A stretch of 64,000 bases of DNA. Source: an uncultured Nitrospiraceae bacterium. Lineage in GTDB: Bacteria; Nitrospirota; Thermodesulfovibrionia; Thermodesulfovibrionales; Dissulfurispiraceae. The notes under the pieces are model-generated. The model saw only the letters and a list, made by a program, of their open reading frames with translations, ran no database searches and was not told the DNA's origin. The stretch spans positions 64,001 through 128,000 of the forward strand of contig CAVPIW010000014.1 in NCBI GenBank assembly GCA_963705105.1, given 5' to 3'. Of the stretch, positions 1 through 9,106 are shown in pieces (positions within the stretch are counted from its first letter, which is position 1; every line of letters starts with the position of its first letter). Made by a program: the position numbers and the translations under genes.

Positions 1-63
1 CTCCTGCCGACCATCCACAACAAAAGACATCCACCAGGTCTTCCCTCTCCGGTAAAGTCCCAT
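1..63 (-). CDS. Tyrosine integrase, N-terminal fragment (runs off window)
   Basis: Manual translation MGLYRRGKTWWMSFVVDGRQE resembles the arm-binding N-terminus of phage integrases; ATG directly follows the excisionase TAA. Confidence 0.65.
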   Translation of the reverse strand, partial: MGLYRRGKTWWMSFVVDGRQE

Positions 64-321
64 TTATTTGCTCACCACCTTCCTGGGACTTCTGACTCTG
101 GCAGTTTGAGCATTTGCATTATACTCACCGGAGGGGGTAGTTCTACAAGTGGAAGGGTTGCTCTTATGAGATTCAATCCACTTGTGGATATCATCGAGGT
201 CGAACCGAAGAGCGCCGTTCAGCTTGAGGCAGGGGATTTGTTTCGATTTCGCCCACTGGTAAAGGGTTTTAGGTTTTACCTTTAAGAACTCTGACAGTTC
301 ATTAATTGTAATTATCTTCAT
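64..321 (-). CDS. Excisionase-family helix-turn-helix protein
   Basis: ITINELSEFLKVKPKTLYQW...IPCLKLNGALRF, typical HTH_17/Xis pattern. Confidence 0.85.
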   Translation of the reverse strand: MKIITINELSEFLKVKPKTLYQWAKSKQIPCLKLNGALRFDLDDIHKWIESHKSNPSTCRTTPSGEYNANAQTARVRSPRKVVSK

Positions 322-389
322 CTCTCCCCTAATGCCTGAGCTATACCTTTGTTGTACGTTCTTATATGTATAGTCATTTGTTCATGCCC

Positions 390-1148
390 TTATATGTCAT
401 TTGTCACTTTCATGATTGCTGCTCTCGGCGGTTTGGGAATGGGGAAAATACGACGGACTTCTGTTGCCTTGCCCTCCCATTTTCGCGGGATACCGGGCTT
501 GAATTCAATTAATCGGTAAGCGGCCAATTCTTCAAGCGCACCCTTAACGTACTTGGGCGTGATCCCTGCCATTTTGGCTATCTCCGTGTGATTTTCATAA
601 ATGACACTGCCGGGTTTCATTCCCTTACGTTTTTCGAGTTCCGGGAGCGCCATCCAGTAAACCAGCACAGCCTTGTTCTTAAGAATTTGTTGCCAGTGAT
701 ATCTGAAGAAGGCTCTATAATCATGTGTTGAACGGTCTGATTGCCCCTTCGCGTACTCGCACAAATCAGCCCCGACACAATATTCCCTAAGATTAGGGTG
801 TCGGCAACTATAGTTATAGGCGTTCCTCAGAGCAGTGCCGGTTGTTGACTGCAACGCACTGTGTTTAATTGGCGGCTGGTTCGCCTTATTCCACTTCACG
901 AGTTCATGCAGTAGTCTGCCTCGGTCAAATCCGATCTTCACAAACTCGGCAGCAATGACAGCGCTGATTTCACTCCTGCTTGGGATGTCTCCCTTGTGAA
1001 ATGAAGACCTGAGCATTAACCCAACACATGGCCGGAGAGCCTTGGGGTTAATGCGTAAATCCCCAGATGCCTCGCCATGGGCAACAAGTCCCTGAAATTG
1101 ACGATCTATGTCAGGCTCTATTTCGTGAATGCTGCCCGTTGTTGTCAT
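390..1148 (-). CDS. Putative replication protein: primase C-terminal-like Cys-rich domain plus C-terminal winged HTH
   Basis: WNxxNxPP motif, four Cys (RPC, YSC, EYC, DLC), C-terminal EIAKMAGITPKYVKGALEEL HTH; start uncertain (1148 or 1178). Confidence 0.55.
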   Translation of the reverse strand: MTTTGSIHEIEPDIDRQFQGLVAHGEASGDLRINPKALRPCVGLMLRSSFHKGDIPSRSEISAVIAAEFVKIGFDRGRLLHELVKWNKANQPPIKHSALQSTTGTALRNAYNYSCRHPNLREYCVGADLCEYAKGQSDRSTHDYRAFFRYHWQQILKNKAVLVYWMALPELEKRKGMKPGSVIYENHTEIAKMAGITPKYVKGALEELAAYRLIEFKPGIPRKWEGKATEVRRIFPIPKPPRAAIMKVTNDI

Positions 1149-1413
1149 TGCGCTTCTCTTTTTCCATTCTCTCTTCAAACTCTCGCTTCATAGCAAACAC
1201 CCTCGACTTAAGCAATTTGACTGTATTCGCCAACTCATTGGCCTTCACAATCGCACCGGAGTTGTAGGCAGATAGGGCTTGCAGTAGTTGCGGAGAAAGT
1301 TCAAAGCTAAAAACAACCTTTTCATTTTCTGTGACGAAGGAGGGAACAAAGCCCTTGAGGATAAGGAAACTTGCCTGGTAGACATCGAGGGTCGTATAGC
1401 AGTCTTTCATCAT
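1111..1413 (-). CDS. Small phage/island protein, DUF5659-like
   Basis: YTTLDVYQASFLILKG...KVVFSF pattern; operonic with Rep-like gene and xis. Confidence 0.6.
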   Translation of the reverse strand: MMKDCYTTLDVYQASFLILKGFVPSFVTENEKVVFSFELSPQLLQALSAYNSGAIVKANELANTVKLLKSRVFAMKREFEERMEKEKRNDNNGQHSRNRA

Positions 1414-1986
1414 TTTCCATTCTCTTGGATCACTCTTGGCTCAAACCTGAGATCTATAGTGTCAGTCTATAAAAGGAAGGAGAAGAAAGACTATGGAAAG
1501 ATAATAAAAGATTATGTTTCTATGTGGCCGTCGTTTTGTGCAATATACACATTATTTGATGACGTTCCGGACCTCGTTACTTGCTATGAGGCTATGCCAC
1601 GGCCAGCCTCCTTGCAGACTCGTGCAAGGAGGCTGGCCCTTCTGCTGGTGAACCAACAGGATGGCTTTATTACAGAACAACTCTTCCGTGATCCAGGCGA
1701 CTTCCAGATGATGTTTGAGATAGGACTGCATCTCCTTGAGCTTGAGCCTTCGAGATGGCTTTTACCGACCCTCCGTGAGGCAAGGGACCGACAGGTGTGT
1801 TAGCGGAGTTTGTCGATAAGGACAGGGGGGCATTCTTCTTGACGTGAGGATCGATGCTGCAGTAAAATTTGCTGCTTGGTGTAAAACTTCTGCTTTTTGG
1901 CTGCTCAATCATACCTGTTTCGGGTACAGTCTCCGGCGAAACGGGGTTGACAGTTCAATATCAGTAGCATAGGGGGTGTTGACTAT

Positions 1987-3357
1987 GAGGTAAGATCAAA
2001 AAGTGTGTAAATGAGTGAAAAGGCGGTGTATCCTTAATCAGTTGACCTGGAATCAACGAAGAGAAAGGAGACACCACCATGGGAAAGAGTATCACCGAGG
2101 CAGTTGAGCCGTCAAGGGTGACGTACGAGGCATTGGAAGGCATGGTACGGCAGAAAGTACAGCAATACATCCAGGACATACTGGAAGAAGAAGTCGAGAT
2201 CTTTTTAGGGAGGAAGAAATCCGAGAGGATCAAGAAGGTGGATAGCAAGCGGGGGTATTGGAACGGACACGGGAAGGGGAAGAAGTTCACGCTGATGAAC
2301 GGGACGATCACGGTCCGGCGTCCTCGTGTGCGGGGAGCGGAGGAGAGATTTCAGAGCAAGATCCTGCCTTTTTTCACGCGTCGGTCCAAAGAAGTGGGGC
2401 AGCTCCTGCCGGAACTGTATCTCCACGGACTGGCGCAGGGGGATTTTGATTTAGCGCTTCGGGGGTTATTGGGAGAAGGGGCGCCGCTGTCGTCCTCGTC
2501 GATCCAGCGGCTGAAGGGCAAGTGGCAGTGCGAATACGACGAGTGGAAGGCTCGGGATCTTTCCGGGCTTGAGGTCGTCTATCAGTGGGCGGACGGGATA
2601 TACGTGAAGGCCGGGCTGGAGAAGGATAAAGCAGCATTGCTGGTGATCATCGGTGCATTGGTGAGCGGGGAAAAGGTACTGTTGGCCTGCGAGAGCGGAT
2701 ATCGGGAGAGCAAGGAATCCTGGGCAGCGGTCCTGCGGGATCTGACCGCTCGGGGACTGAAGCTGGGCACAGTGACGGTTGCCGATGGCCATTTGGGAAT
2801 ATGGTCAGCGTTGGGAGAGCTTCATCCCGAGGGCAAAGAGCAGCGGTGCTGGAACCATAAGATAACCAACGTGCTGGATGCGATGCCCAAGAGGATACGT
2901 ACCGAGGCGGGCGAGTATCTCACCAAGATCCCCTATGCGGAGACGCAGGCAGAGTGTGAGAGGCTCAGGGACAGCTTTATCAGCCGATATGAGAGGGATT
3001 TCCCGAAGGCGACGGAGACCCTGAGGAGAGATTGGGAGCGAATGGTGACGTTCTATTCATTGCCCAAGGAGCACTGGGTCCATATCAGGACGACCAATGT
3101 AGTGGAGTCGCCGTTCAGTGCGGTGCGGCTGAGGACGGACGCAGCCAAGCGGTTTAAGAAAGTCCAAAGCGCGACGGCGATGATCTGGAAGTTGCTGGGA
3201 GTCGCTGAGAAGAGATTCCGCAGGCTCAAGGGATATTGGTTACTGAGGGATGTCCACGAGGGGAAACACTTCACAGACGGCATTGCCGTCGAGCAGGAAG
3301 AGTCTGTCGAAAGGATCGCCGCCTAATGGCTTTTTACACACCTATTGACATGACCTC
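1987..3357 (+). mobile_element. IS256-family insertion sequence
   Basis: 25-bp imperfect terminal IRs (GAGGTAAGATCAAAAAGTGTGTAAA / TTTACACACCTATTGACATGACCTC); 8-bp direct repeat TTGACTAT at 1979-1986 and 3358-3365. Confidence 0.95.
2079..3326 (+). CDS. IS256-family (mutator) DDE transposase
   Basis: WADGIY, VADG, QRCWNHK and RTTNVVES motifs. Confidence 0.95.
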   Translation: MGKSITEAVEPSRVTYEALEGMVRQKVQQYIQDILEEEVEIFLGRKKSERIKKVDSKRGYWNGHGKGKKFTLMNGTITVRRPRVRGAEERFQSKILPFFTRRSKEVGQLLPELYLHGLAQGDFDLALRGLLGEGAPLSSSSIQRLKGKWQCEYDEWKARDLSGLEVVYQWADGIYVKAGLEKDKAALLVIIGALVSGEKVLLACESGYRESKESWAAVLRDLTARGLKLGTVTVADGHLGIWSALGELHPEGKEQRCWNHKITNVLDAMPKRIRTEAGEYLTKIPYAETQAECERLRDSFISRYERDFPKATETLRRDWERMVTFYSLPKEHWVHIRTTNVVESPFSAVRLRTDAAKRFKKVQSATAMIWKLLGVAEKRFRRLKGYWLLRDVHEGKHFTDGIAVEQEESVERIAA

Positions 3358-3363
3358 TTGACT

Positions 3364-4047
3364 ATGATGAAAAGGGTTAGAAGTCTAAACGTTGTTTTTG
3401 TTCTACTTGCCGTATTCTTTATTTCTACGTTGTGCGCGCATGCTGAATTATTTAATCGTGGCACCGACGTCAATGGCAACGGCCTGATCTTTGACAGTGA
3501 TCTGAATATCACATGGTACGATTATTCCAATTCCTCCACCAATTGGCAGGGACATATGGACTGGGCAGAAAACTTGACAGTGGATTTTGGCGGCATTACT
3601 TTTGGCGACTGGCGTCTGCCGACAACTGTGGGTGAACCCTATCATTGGGGTTATGACGGAACCACTACGGCAGGTTGGAACATAACGAACAGCGAGATGG
3701 GGTATTTATTCTATACAGAACTTGGAAACAAGGGCTATATTTCGACCAATAATCAATTTGAAGTGGAATGGGGATTATTAAATAAAGGACCTTTTATAAA
3801 TCTACAACCTGAAGGCTACTGGTCTGGCACAGATGACCCGAATGATCATAATCGATCATGGCTCTTTCAATTCTCAAGTGGCTATCAAGACTTCTATAGT
3901 AAAGACCAATTACAGTATTATGCCTTTGCAGTGCGTTCAGGAGATGTTGCGGTGGTCCCTGAACCAACGAGTTCTATTCTCATTATTACAGGCGGAACGC
4001 TATTGTTAGTCGTGAAACGCTTTTCAAAGAATAAGGGAACGCGCTGA
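3364..4047 (+). CDS. PEP-CTERM sorting-domain secreted protein (DUF1566/Lcl-like)
   Basis: Signal peptide; DWRLP and YWSGT motifs; C-terminal VPEP-TM-basic tail. Confidence 0.85.
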   Translation: MMKRVRSLNVVFVLLAVFFISTLCAHAELFNRGTDVNGNGLIFDSDLNITWYDYSNSSTNWQGHMDWAENLTVDFGGITFGDWRLPTTVGEPYHWGYDGTTTAGWNITNSEMGYLFYTELGNKGYISTNNQFEVEWGLLNKGPFINLQPEGYWSGTDDPNDHNRSWLFQFSSGYQDFYSKDQLQYYAFAVRSGDVAVVPEPTSSILIITGGTLLLVVKRFSKNKGTR

Positions 4048-4142
4048 TAGGGTCGGCGCGGACTTAAGAAATAGCTGACAAATGCGTTGAGAGATTTTGC
4101 ACACATGAATTCTGACAATTGTCCGTTATGTGCAATTAGGAT

Positions 4143-5003
4143 TTATAGGCCTTTGAATTTGCCTTTGCCTGCAAGTTTAATCAGTTCATCTGCAACCTTG
4201 TATTTTTTCCATGCAAGTCCCCGCAGTTCTTCCTTAGAATAAAATTCTCCCTCTCTATCTACTGCCCACCTTATCGCTTCTGCTGTCAAAAGGAAATTGT
4301 CTGTCTTCTGCTGCAAATCCCACACGGTAAAAGCTTCATCCCACTTTAAAAAATCCTTTCGATCTGACCTTGGTTTAGCTATGCCCCGTAATCTTTTTTT
4401 GAGTTCCTTGATGATCATGCCAAGGGGCATCTTCACATTGATTGCAAACAGCTTATAGGCTTCGTCCTCATGAATAACGCCGCTCTTAATGTCATCATAA
4501 CTTACCGATTTCACCATAAACTGTCCCAGGAGTCTGCCGAGATGGGTCTCAGATAGGTAAGGAAGGTAATCGCTGAAAGTAACAGACAAGTCTTCGATTG
4601 TCTTCTCTTCGGGCCTCAGGTCGTCAATATCAGATGCAATAAGTCCAAATTTCTTTTCAGCCGCCGCCATGATCTCCACTTCTTCATGTTCTATCCTGCT
4701 TTCTATTGCCTCAAGCTCAGAAACGAGATCCCTGATCTCTTCAACCATATCCTTCTCCCCATGTGGTGGCCCATACGCCTTCACGGTGTCTAAGAATTCA
4801 TAGGCACGGCATCCGATATTTTGCTCGTAAGACCATATTTCTAACTCGATAGAATCTCTTTCTTCTTTCATGGAATCAATAGAATCTACATTCGCTTCTT
4901 TATAGAACATTTGGTACTCTTCGCTTCGTATCAATGCCTTCCATCTGAAATAAATGAGGTTATCGTAATCGGAATAATCTGACGGATTATAAGACGTTCT
5001 CAT
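4143..5003 (-). CDS. Hypothetical island protein, possible transcriptional activator
   Basis: 286-aa ORF with RBS; N-terminal RWKALIRSEEY and C-terminal KWDEAFTVWDL segments. Confidence 0.65.
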   Translation of the reverse strand: MRTSYNPSDYSDYDNLIYFRWKALIRSEEYQMFYKEANVDSIDSMKEERDSIELEIWSYEQNIGCRAYEFLDTVKAYGPPHGEKDMVEEIRDLVSELEAIESRIEHEEVEIMAAAEKKFGLIASDIDDLRPEEKTIEDLSVTFSDYLPYLSETHLGRLLGQFMVKSVSYDDIKSGVIHEDEAYKLFAINVKMPLGMIIKELKKRLRGIAKPRSDRKDFLKWDEAFTVWDLQQKTDNFLLTAEAIRWAVDREGEFYSKEELRGLAWKKYKVADELIKLAGKGKFKGL

Positions 5004-5218
5004 TTCCTTTTTTCATTGTCCGGAAGTGTTAGATGTTCACTTATATCATTTGCGAGGAGTTATTTTCAATGCCCAAATAGGCACAGGTTCGCAAAGAAGG
5101 GGCACCCTTTAACGGAGACTGTTCATAGGGTAGAAGGGATTGAAGGTATGGGGTGTACCTGGAGTCCTATGCCGGTTCTCAACCAAAAAACCTGAATAAA
5201 AACAGAAATCAGACCGGA

Positions 5219-5246
5219 TGTATAAAAAATACCTATTTTTTATACA
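5219..5246. promoter_or_regulatory. Perfect 28-bp palindrome, candidate recombinase crossover/operator site
   Basis: TGTATAAAAAATA-CC-TATTTTTTATACA, about 100 bp upstream of the serine recombinase. Confidence 0.55.
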
Positions 5247-5344
5247 GAGCAGCGTCCGACATGAGGAATGCCGAGATATGCAAATAGAAAAAATAGGAAA
5301 AAAAAGAAAAAGACAGAAAACACCGCGTAGAGGAGGTCTCAACA

Positions 5345-6094
5345 ATGAAAAGATTGATAGGGTATGCACGGGTATCGACCGACAACCAGAAAGACGAAGG
5401 GACCATTGAGATTCAGCACAAGGCATTGCAGGAATTCTCAGAGGAACACGGTTACGACTTCGTTCGGGTCTTCAATGACGAGGGAGTAAGCGGCTCTAAA
5501 GACCTTGAGCACCGGCCAGGAATGGCCGAGATGTTCGATTACCTCGAAGCGCATGCCGATATCTGCGGCGTCCTTATCTTCAAACTCGATCGCTTGGCCC
5601 GTGATCTCTACATCCAGGAACACTTGCTGCGGAAACTCCAGGACATGAACAAGACCCTTATATCGATCAAAGAGCCCGACGTATGCAGCAATGACCCCAT
5701 GAGAAAGGCTTTCCGGCAGTTCATGGGAATCGTCGCTGAACTGGAAAAGAGCTTTATCACCATGAGGCTTTCTGGCGGTAGAATCAACAAAGCCCGTAAG
5801 GGGGGATACAGCGGCGGATGCCCTGCAATGGGTTACAAGGCGGCAGACAAAGAGCTTGTTATTGACCCTGTGACGGCGGAGACAATCAAGACCATATTCA
5901 GGTTGAGACAAGACCGGAGAATGACTTTAAGAGAAATTGCAGGGTATCTCAATGATGCCGGCACCGCAACTGCAAGGGGCGGCATGTGGTATGCCGGAAC
6001 GATCAAGTATGTTCTCGATAACACCATTTATCGGGGACTCACTCAGTATTCTGGTATTAAAGCCAAAAGAAAAGAATTAACCTTAATCAACTAA
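5345..6094 (+). CDS. Serine recombinase (resolvase plus recombinase domain)
   Basis: YARVST catalytic motif, KLDRLAR; GAGGAGG RBS. Confidence 0.92.
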   Translation: MKRLIGYARVSTDNQKDEGTIEIQHKALQEFSEEHGYDFVRVFNDEGVSGSKDLEHRPGMAEMFDYLEAHADICGVLIFKLDRLARDLYIQEHLLRKLQDMNKTLISIKEPDVCSNDPMRKAFRQFMGIVAELEKSFITMRLSGGRINKARKGGYSGGCPAMGYKAADKELVIDPVTAETIKTIFRLRQDRRMTLREIAGYLNDAGTATARGGMWYAGTIKYVLDNTIYRGLTQYSGIKAKRKELTLIN

Positions 6095-6268
6095 AACATA
6101 GGGCAAAGAAGAATTCAAGCGCCATTTTTTAATTTCTTGGCTGCTTCTTTGTATAATTCTTTTGCCGTTGACGCTCTCTAATCATGTTGCAGGAAAGATT
6201 ATTTTCACATTGGTCTCTCATGTTTATAACGCCGACAGAAAGAAGAGAATTCAGTGAAAATAACTTAA

Positions 6269-6706
6269 TTATTTGGATGCCGGGATTACCGTTTTGTATC
6301 CAACAACATAAACGTTGTACTCCGGCTTTTCTATTTTTTCATCTGTAATAGTTGTATCATTGGTCTCAAATTTGCCAATACCATTTATGACAGGGATAAA
6401 GTCCAGGCGCTCTTTGTTTGTCGCTGTTTTCAATCCGCCCTTGATTCGAGTTATTTTGATCATTACAATATATGGCTGCCTTACGAAGGCAGGTTCCCCT
6501 ACAGCCATAATAATACCCGTTCCATAATAGCCCTTCTGCTCCCATCCAAAAGGCCTAAAAGGTTTTTTGTGATATTGAAGATCTAATTCCTTCACCTCAA
6601 AAGAAACTCTTGGACTTTCTGTAACGCCTGTTTTTGATCCACACCCTGCAAACAATAATAGGGCAAGAAGGGCAAGTAGAATTCTTCTCATGACCGTTCC
6701 TGTCAT
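6269..6706 (-). CDS. Hypothetical lipoprotein
   Basis: Lipobox LFAGC; paralog of the adjacent gene. Confidence 0.75.
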   Translation of the reverse strand: MTGTVMRRILLALLALLLFAGCGSKTGVTESPRVSFEVKELDLQYHKKPFRPFGWEQKGYYGTGIIMAVGEPAFVRQPYIVMIKITRIKGGLKTATNKERLDFIPVINGIGKFETNDTTITDEKIEKPEYNVYVVGYKTVIPASK

Positions 6707-7134
6707 TTATTACTGATTTGCGAAGTCAGTTGAACGTGACCGATAATATCTATCTTGTATTCTGGTTGTTCCAACTTTTCTTTACCCCACATGTTGTCAA
6801 AAGTGGTGATCTGTCCAATTCCATTGACAACCTCAATAATTCTTGTAGAAACCTTTTCTGTATCGGTTTCTCTACCGCCCTTAACTTTGGTCAATTGAAC
6901 AACAACGAGATAAGGTTTCTTTACAAGTTCAGGATCGCCTACTGCGGCAATCGTACCACGTCCGGTATAAGATTCGCTTCTGAAAATAGAAGACCTGTCT
7001 TCCTTGTGATCAAGGGTAAATTCTTTAACCTCAAAGCCGATATTATGAATTGCGGAGCTTGCAGATTTGTTCATTCTCGATTCACAGGCTACAAACAAGA
7101 TGCAGCACATTAAAATTAAGGCAAGTTTTTTCAT
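6703..7134 (-). CDS. Hypothetical lipoprotein
   Basis: Lipobox FVAC; GGAGG RBS; shares FEVKE, AVG.P, KGG, NGIG and PEY motifs with 6269-6706. Confidence 0.78.
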   Translation of the reverse strand: MKKLALILMCCILFVACESRMNKSASSAIHNIGFEVKEFTLDHKEDRSSIFRSESYTGRGTIAAVGDPELVKKPYLVVVQLTKVKGGRETDTEKVSTRIIEVVNGIGQITTFDNMWGKEKLEQPEYKIDIIGHVQLTSQISNK

Positions 7135-7441
7135 GTATTGATTCCTCCGGTGATAGAATTCAAAAAAACTCTCCTCAACTGAAGGTAATATACCACATAA
7201 GACGGAAGTAGGACTGAATCAATTTTTCAAGGGGTCGGGGCACACCCTTGAGGGGTTGGCCGCCAGAACTGGGCAGGGCGGTATGATCTGAACACCGCAA
7301 GGGGATGACAGCGGTTTTTATGCTGGCATGAGCGAGCCGAGCATGATGCACGGCATTTTCGAGTCCATAACACTGCAAATGAATTGTGATAGATTTGTGA
7401 TAGAAAATAGCGCTAAGGATGGAAAACAAGATAGCGATCAG

Positions 7442-7470
7442 AAAATATGGATTGCCGGGATAAGTGTCAA
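7442..7470 (-). promoter_or_regulatory. Candidate sigma70 promoter facing into the island
   Basis: TTGACA-17 nt-TATTTT on the minus strand. Confidence 0.45.
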
Positions 7471-7529
7471 TAACAATGTGTTGTGCTCAAACTGCCGTCA
7501 GAAGCCCTTTTAAATTTGTTGCTACCTTT

Positions 7530-7574
7530 GCCCTTTCAAGGCTGTAACACCGGTTCGAATCCGGTTGGGGACGC
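7530..7574 (+). other. att site: 3' half of tRNA-Glu(TTC)
   Basis: GCC-CTTTCAA-GGC anticodon arm, CCGG-TTCGAAT-CCGG T arm, GGGGACG acceptor strand; 5' half absent. Confidence 0.85.
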
Positions 7575-7585
7575 TCGAACATTCA

Positions 7586-7617
7586 GGGGGTTGCAGCGAT
7601 GCAGCCCCTTTCTTTTT
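7586..7617 (+). terminator. Rho-independent terminator downstream of the tRNA fragment
   Basis: GGGGTTGCA-GCGA-TGCAGCCCC hairpin followed by a T-rich tract. Confidence 0.6.
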
Positions 7618-7982
7618 CGTCCTGTGCAACAGGCGGTGAAGCTTGCGGCTTTACGGTCTTCAGTCACTCGTGGGCCGCGATTTTGCAAAGCCGAATATCG
7701 GCTGAAACATAAGGTGATATCATGACCCTTCATGTTCAAGGGCGAAGATCGCGGTGAACGATGACCTGTCACGACCTCGCGCATGTCTGCTATGATTTAT
7801 AGGATGAGATTATTCCGCCCTCCTGAGGTTTGTTCCATAGCGGGACACTTTTCGTAAAGCGCAGGGAAAAAAGGAGAGGATCGGATGAGCAGTTCACCTG
7901 TCCGGAAGTATTTCAGCGCTGATCTCATTTTGCGGACCTCGTGCTGACCTGCGCGCAGGCGGAATAGAGAGGGGCATGAACG

Positions 7983-8708
7983 ATGAAGAGGACAATAAAG
8001 AAACTGATACCAAAGAGGTTTCGCAAAGACGACGCGTATCACGAAGCGTTTCACCGTCGGGAGTTTATGAGGAGAGCCTTCACAATGCTTGCCTTCAATG
8101 AGATTTCGGGAGATTATGCGGAATTCGGCAGCTGTGGGGGCCTGACATTCACATTGGCTTATCAGGAGTCGCGCAAAAAGGCATTCAACTGCACGCTTTG
8201 GGCATTTGACTCTTTCTGCGGACTCCCTCCTCAATCAGTGCCTGAGGATCAACACCCCCTGTGGATTGAGGGGACTATGAAGATGACCCTGGAAGACTTT
8301 ACGGCAACATGCAGGAAGAATGACATTCCGGAATCGGACTACCGCACCGTCGCTGGTTTTTACAGGGACACCATTTACAATGTTGAGCCGCAGGACCCCC
8401 GTTTTCCCGCTGACATTTCACTGGCCTACATCGACTGTGACTTATACAGCTCAACAAAGACTGTACTGAACTTTCTGTCTCCTCGCTTCAAGCACGGCAT
8501 GATCATCGCTTTTGACGATTACTATTGTTATTCAAGAACCGCCTTGTCGGGAGAGCGGAAGGCCTTCATTGAATATCTCGGCACGGAGCGGCGATATCAC
8601 TTCTTACCCTACGTTCAGTTCGGCTGGCACGGAATGTCCTTTATTGTAGAAGACAACATCTTCCTGAAGGAATCAGATGCTGGACCGGAAGATCGGGACC
8701 TGTCATGA
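7983..8708 (+). CDS. TylF/MycF/NovP-family O-methyltransferase
   Basis: GDYAEFG, FDSFCGLP, IDCDLYSS and FDDY motifs. Confidence 0.85.
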   Translation: MKRTIKKLIPKRFRKDDAYHEAFHRREFMRRAFTMLAFNEISGDYAEFGSCGGLTFTLAYQESRKKAFNCTLWAFDSFCGLPPQSVPEDQHPLWIEGTMKMTLEDFTATCRKNDIPESDYRTVAGFYRDTIYNVEPQDPRFPADISLAYIDCDLYSSTKTVLNFLSPRFKHGMIIAFDDYYCYSRTALSGERKAFIEYLGTERRYHFLPYVQFGWHGMSFIVEDNIFLKESDAGPEDRDLS

Positions 8709-9106
8709 AACAGAAACGTGTCGATGCCGCAGGCACTGATTATGAAGGATTCAAGGCGGCACGGGAGGTTGATTTCCTGATGACCATAGACGGCAAGCCC
8801 CCTGCAGCAAAAAGCCGGCCTGACAACGGGTCCGGCCGAAGCGATGGCAGGCGGCCCTCCATTTCCATTTCCATTGATCTTCTCATCCGGAAGCGGTCGT
8901 CAGGGTCAGGGTGCCGGTCACAAAATTAGTTTATGGATTCATAATATTTTTGTGTTGGACAGGCAGTCATTTTGGTGATATTCGATTAGTAGACATGGGG
9001 TGTCCTTTTTTATTTGACAGTGGCAGTGTCGGCTCTGTTTCATGGTAAAATTAAGAAGCACATCACTCAACATTTCCAACTATACACTGGAGACAGGAGA
9101 CCGGGG

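Larger units (their letters stand above)
1..7574. mobile_element. Integrative element/genomic island inserted in tRNA-Glu; left end outside window
   Basis: Integrase-like N-terminus, excisionase, Rep-like gene and serine recombinase; visibly AT-richer than the flank; bounded by a tRNA 3' fragment at 7530-7574. Confidence 0.8.

Noticed and set aside
1288..1912. ORFs 1288-1803(+) and 1670-1912(-)
   Set aside because: No recognisable motifs or RBS; the first overlaps a better-supported gene; possibly a decayed remnant
3345..3373. IS256 outward TTGACA forming a hybrid promoter for the PEP-CTERM gene
   Set aside because: The nearest -10-like hexamer (TATGAT) is only 12 nt away and overlaps the start codon
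7500..7580. Intact tRNA-Glu gene
   Set aside because: Acceptor 5' strand and D arm are missing; only the 3' half is present
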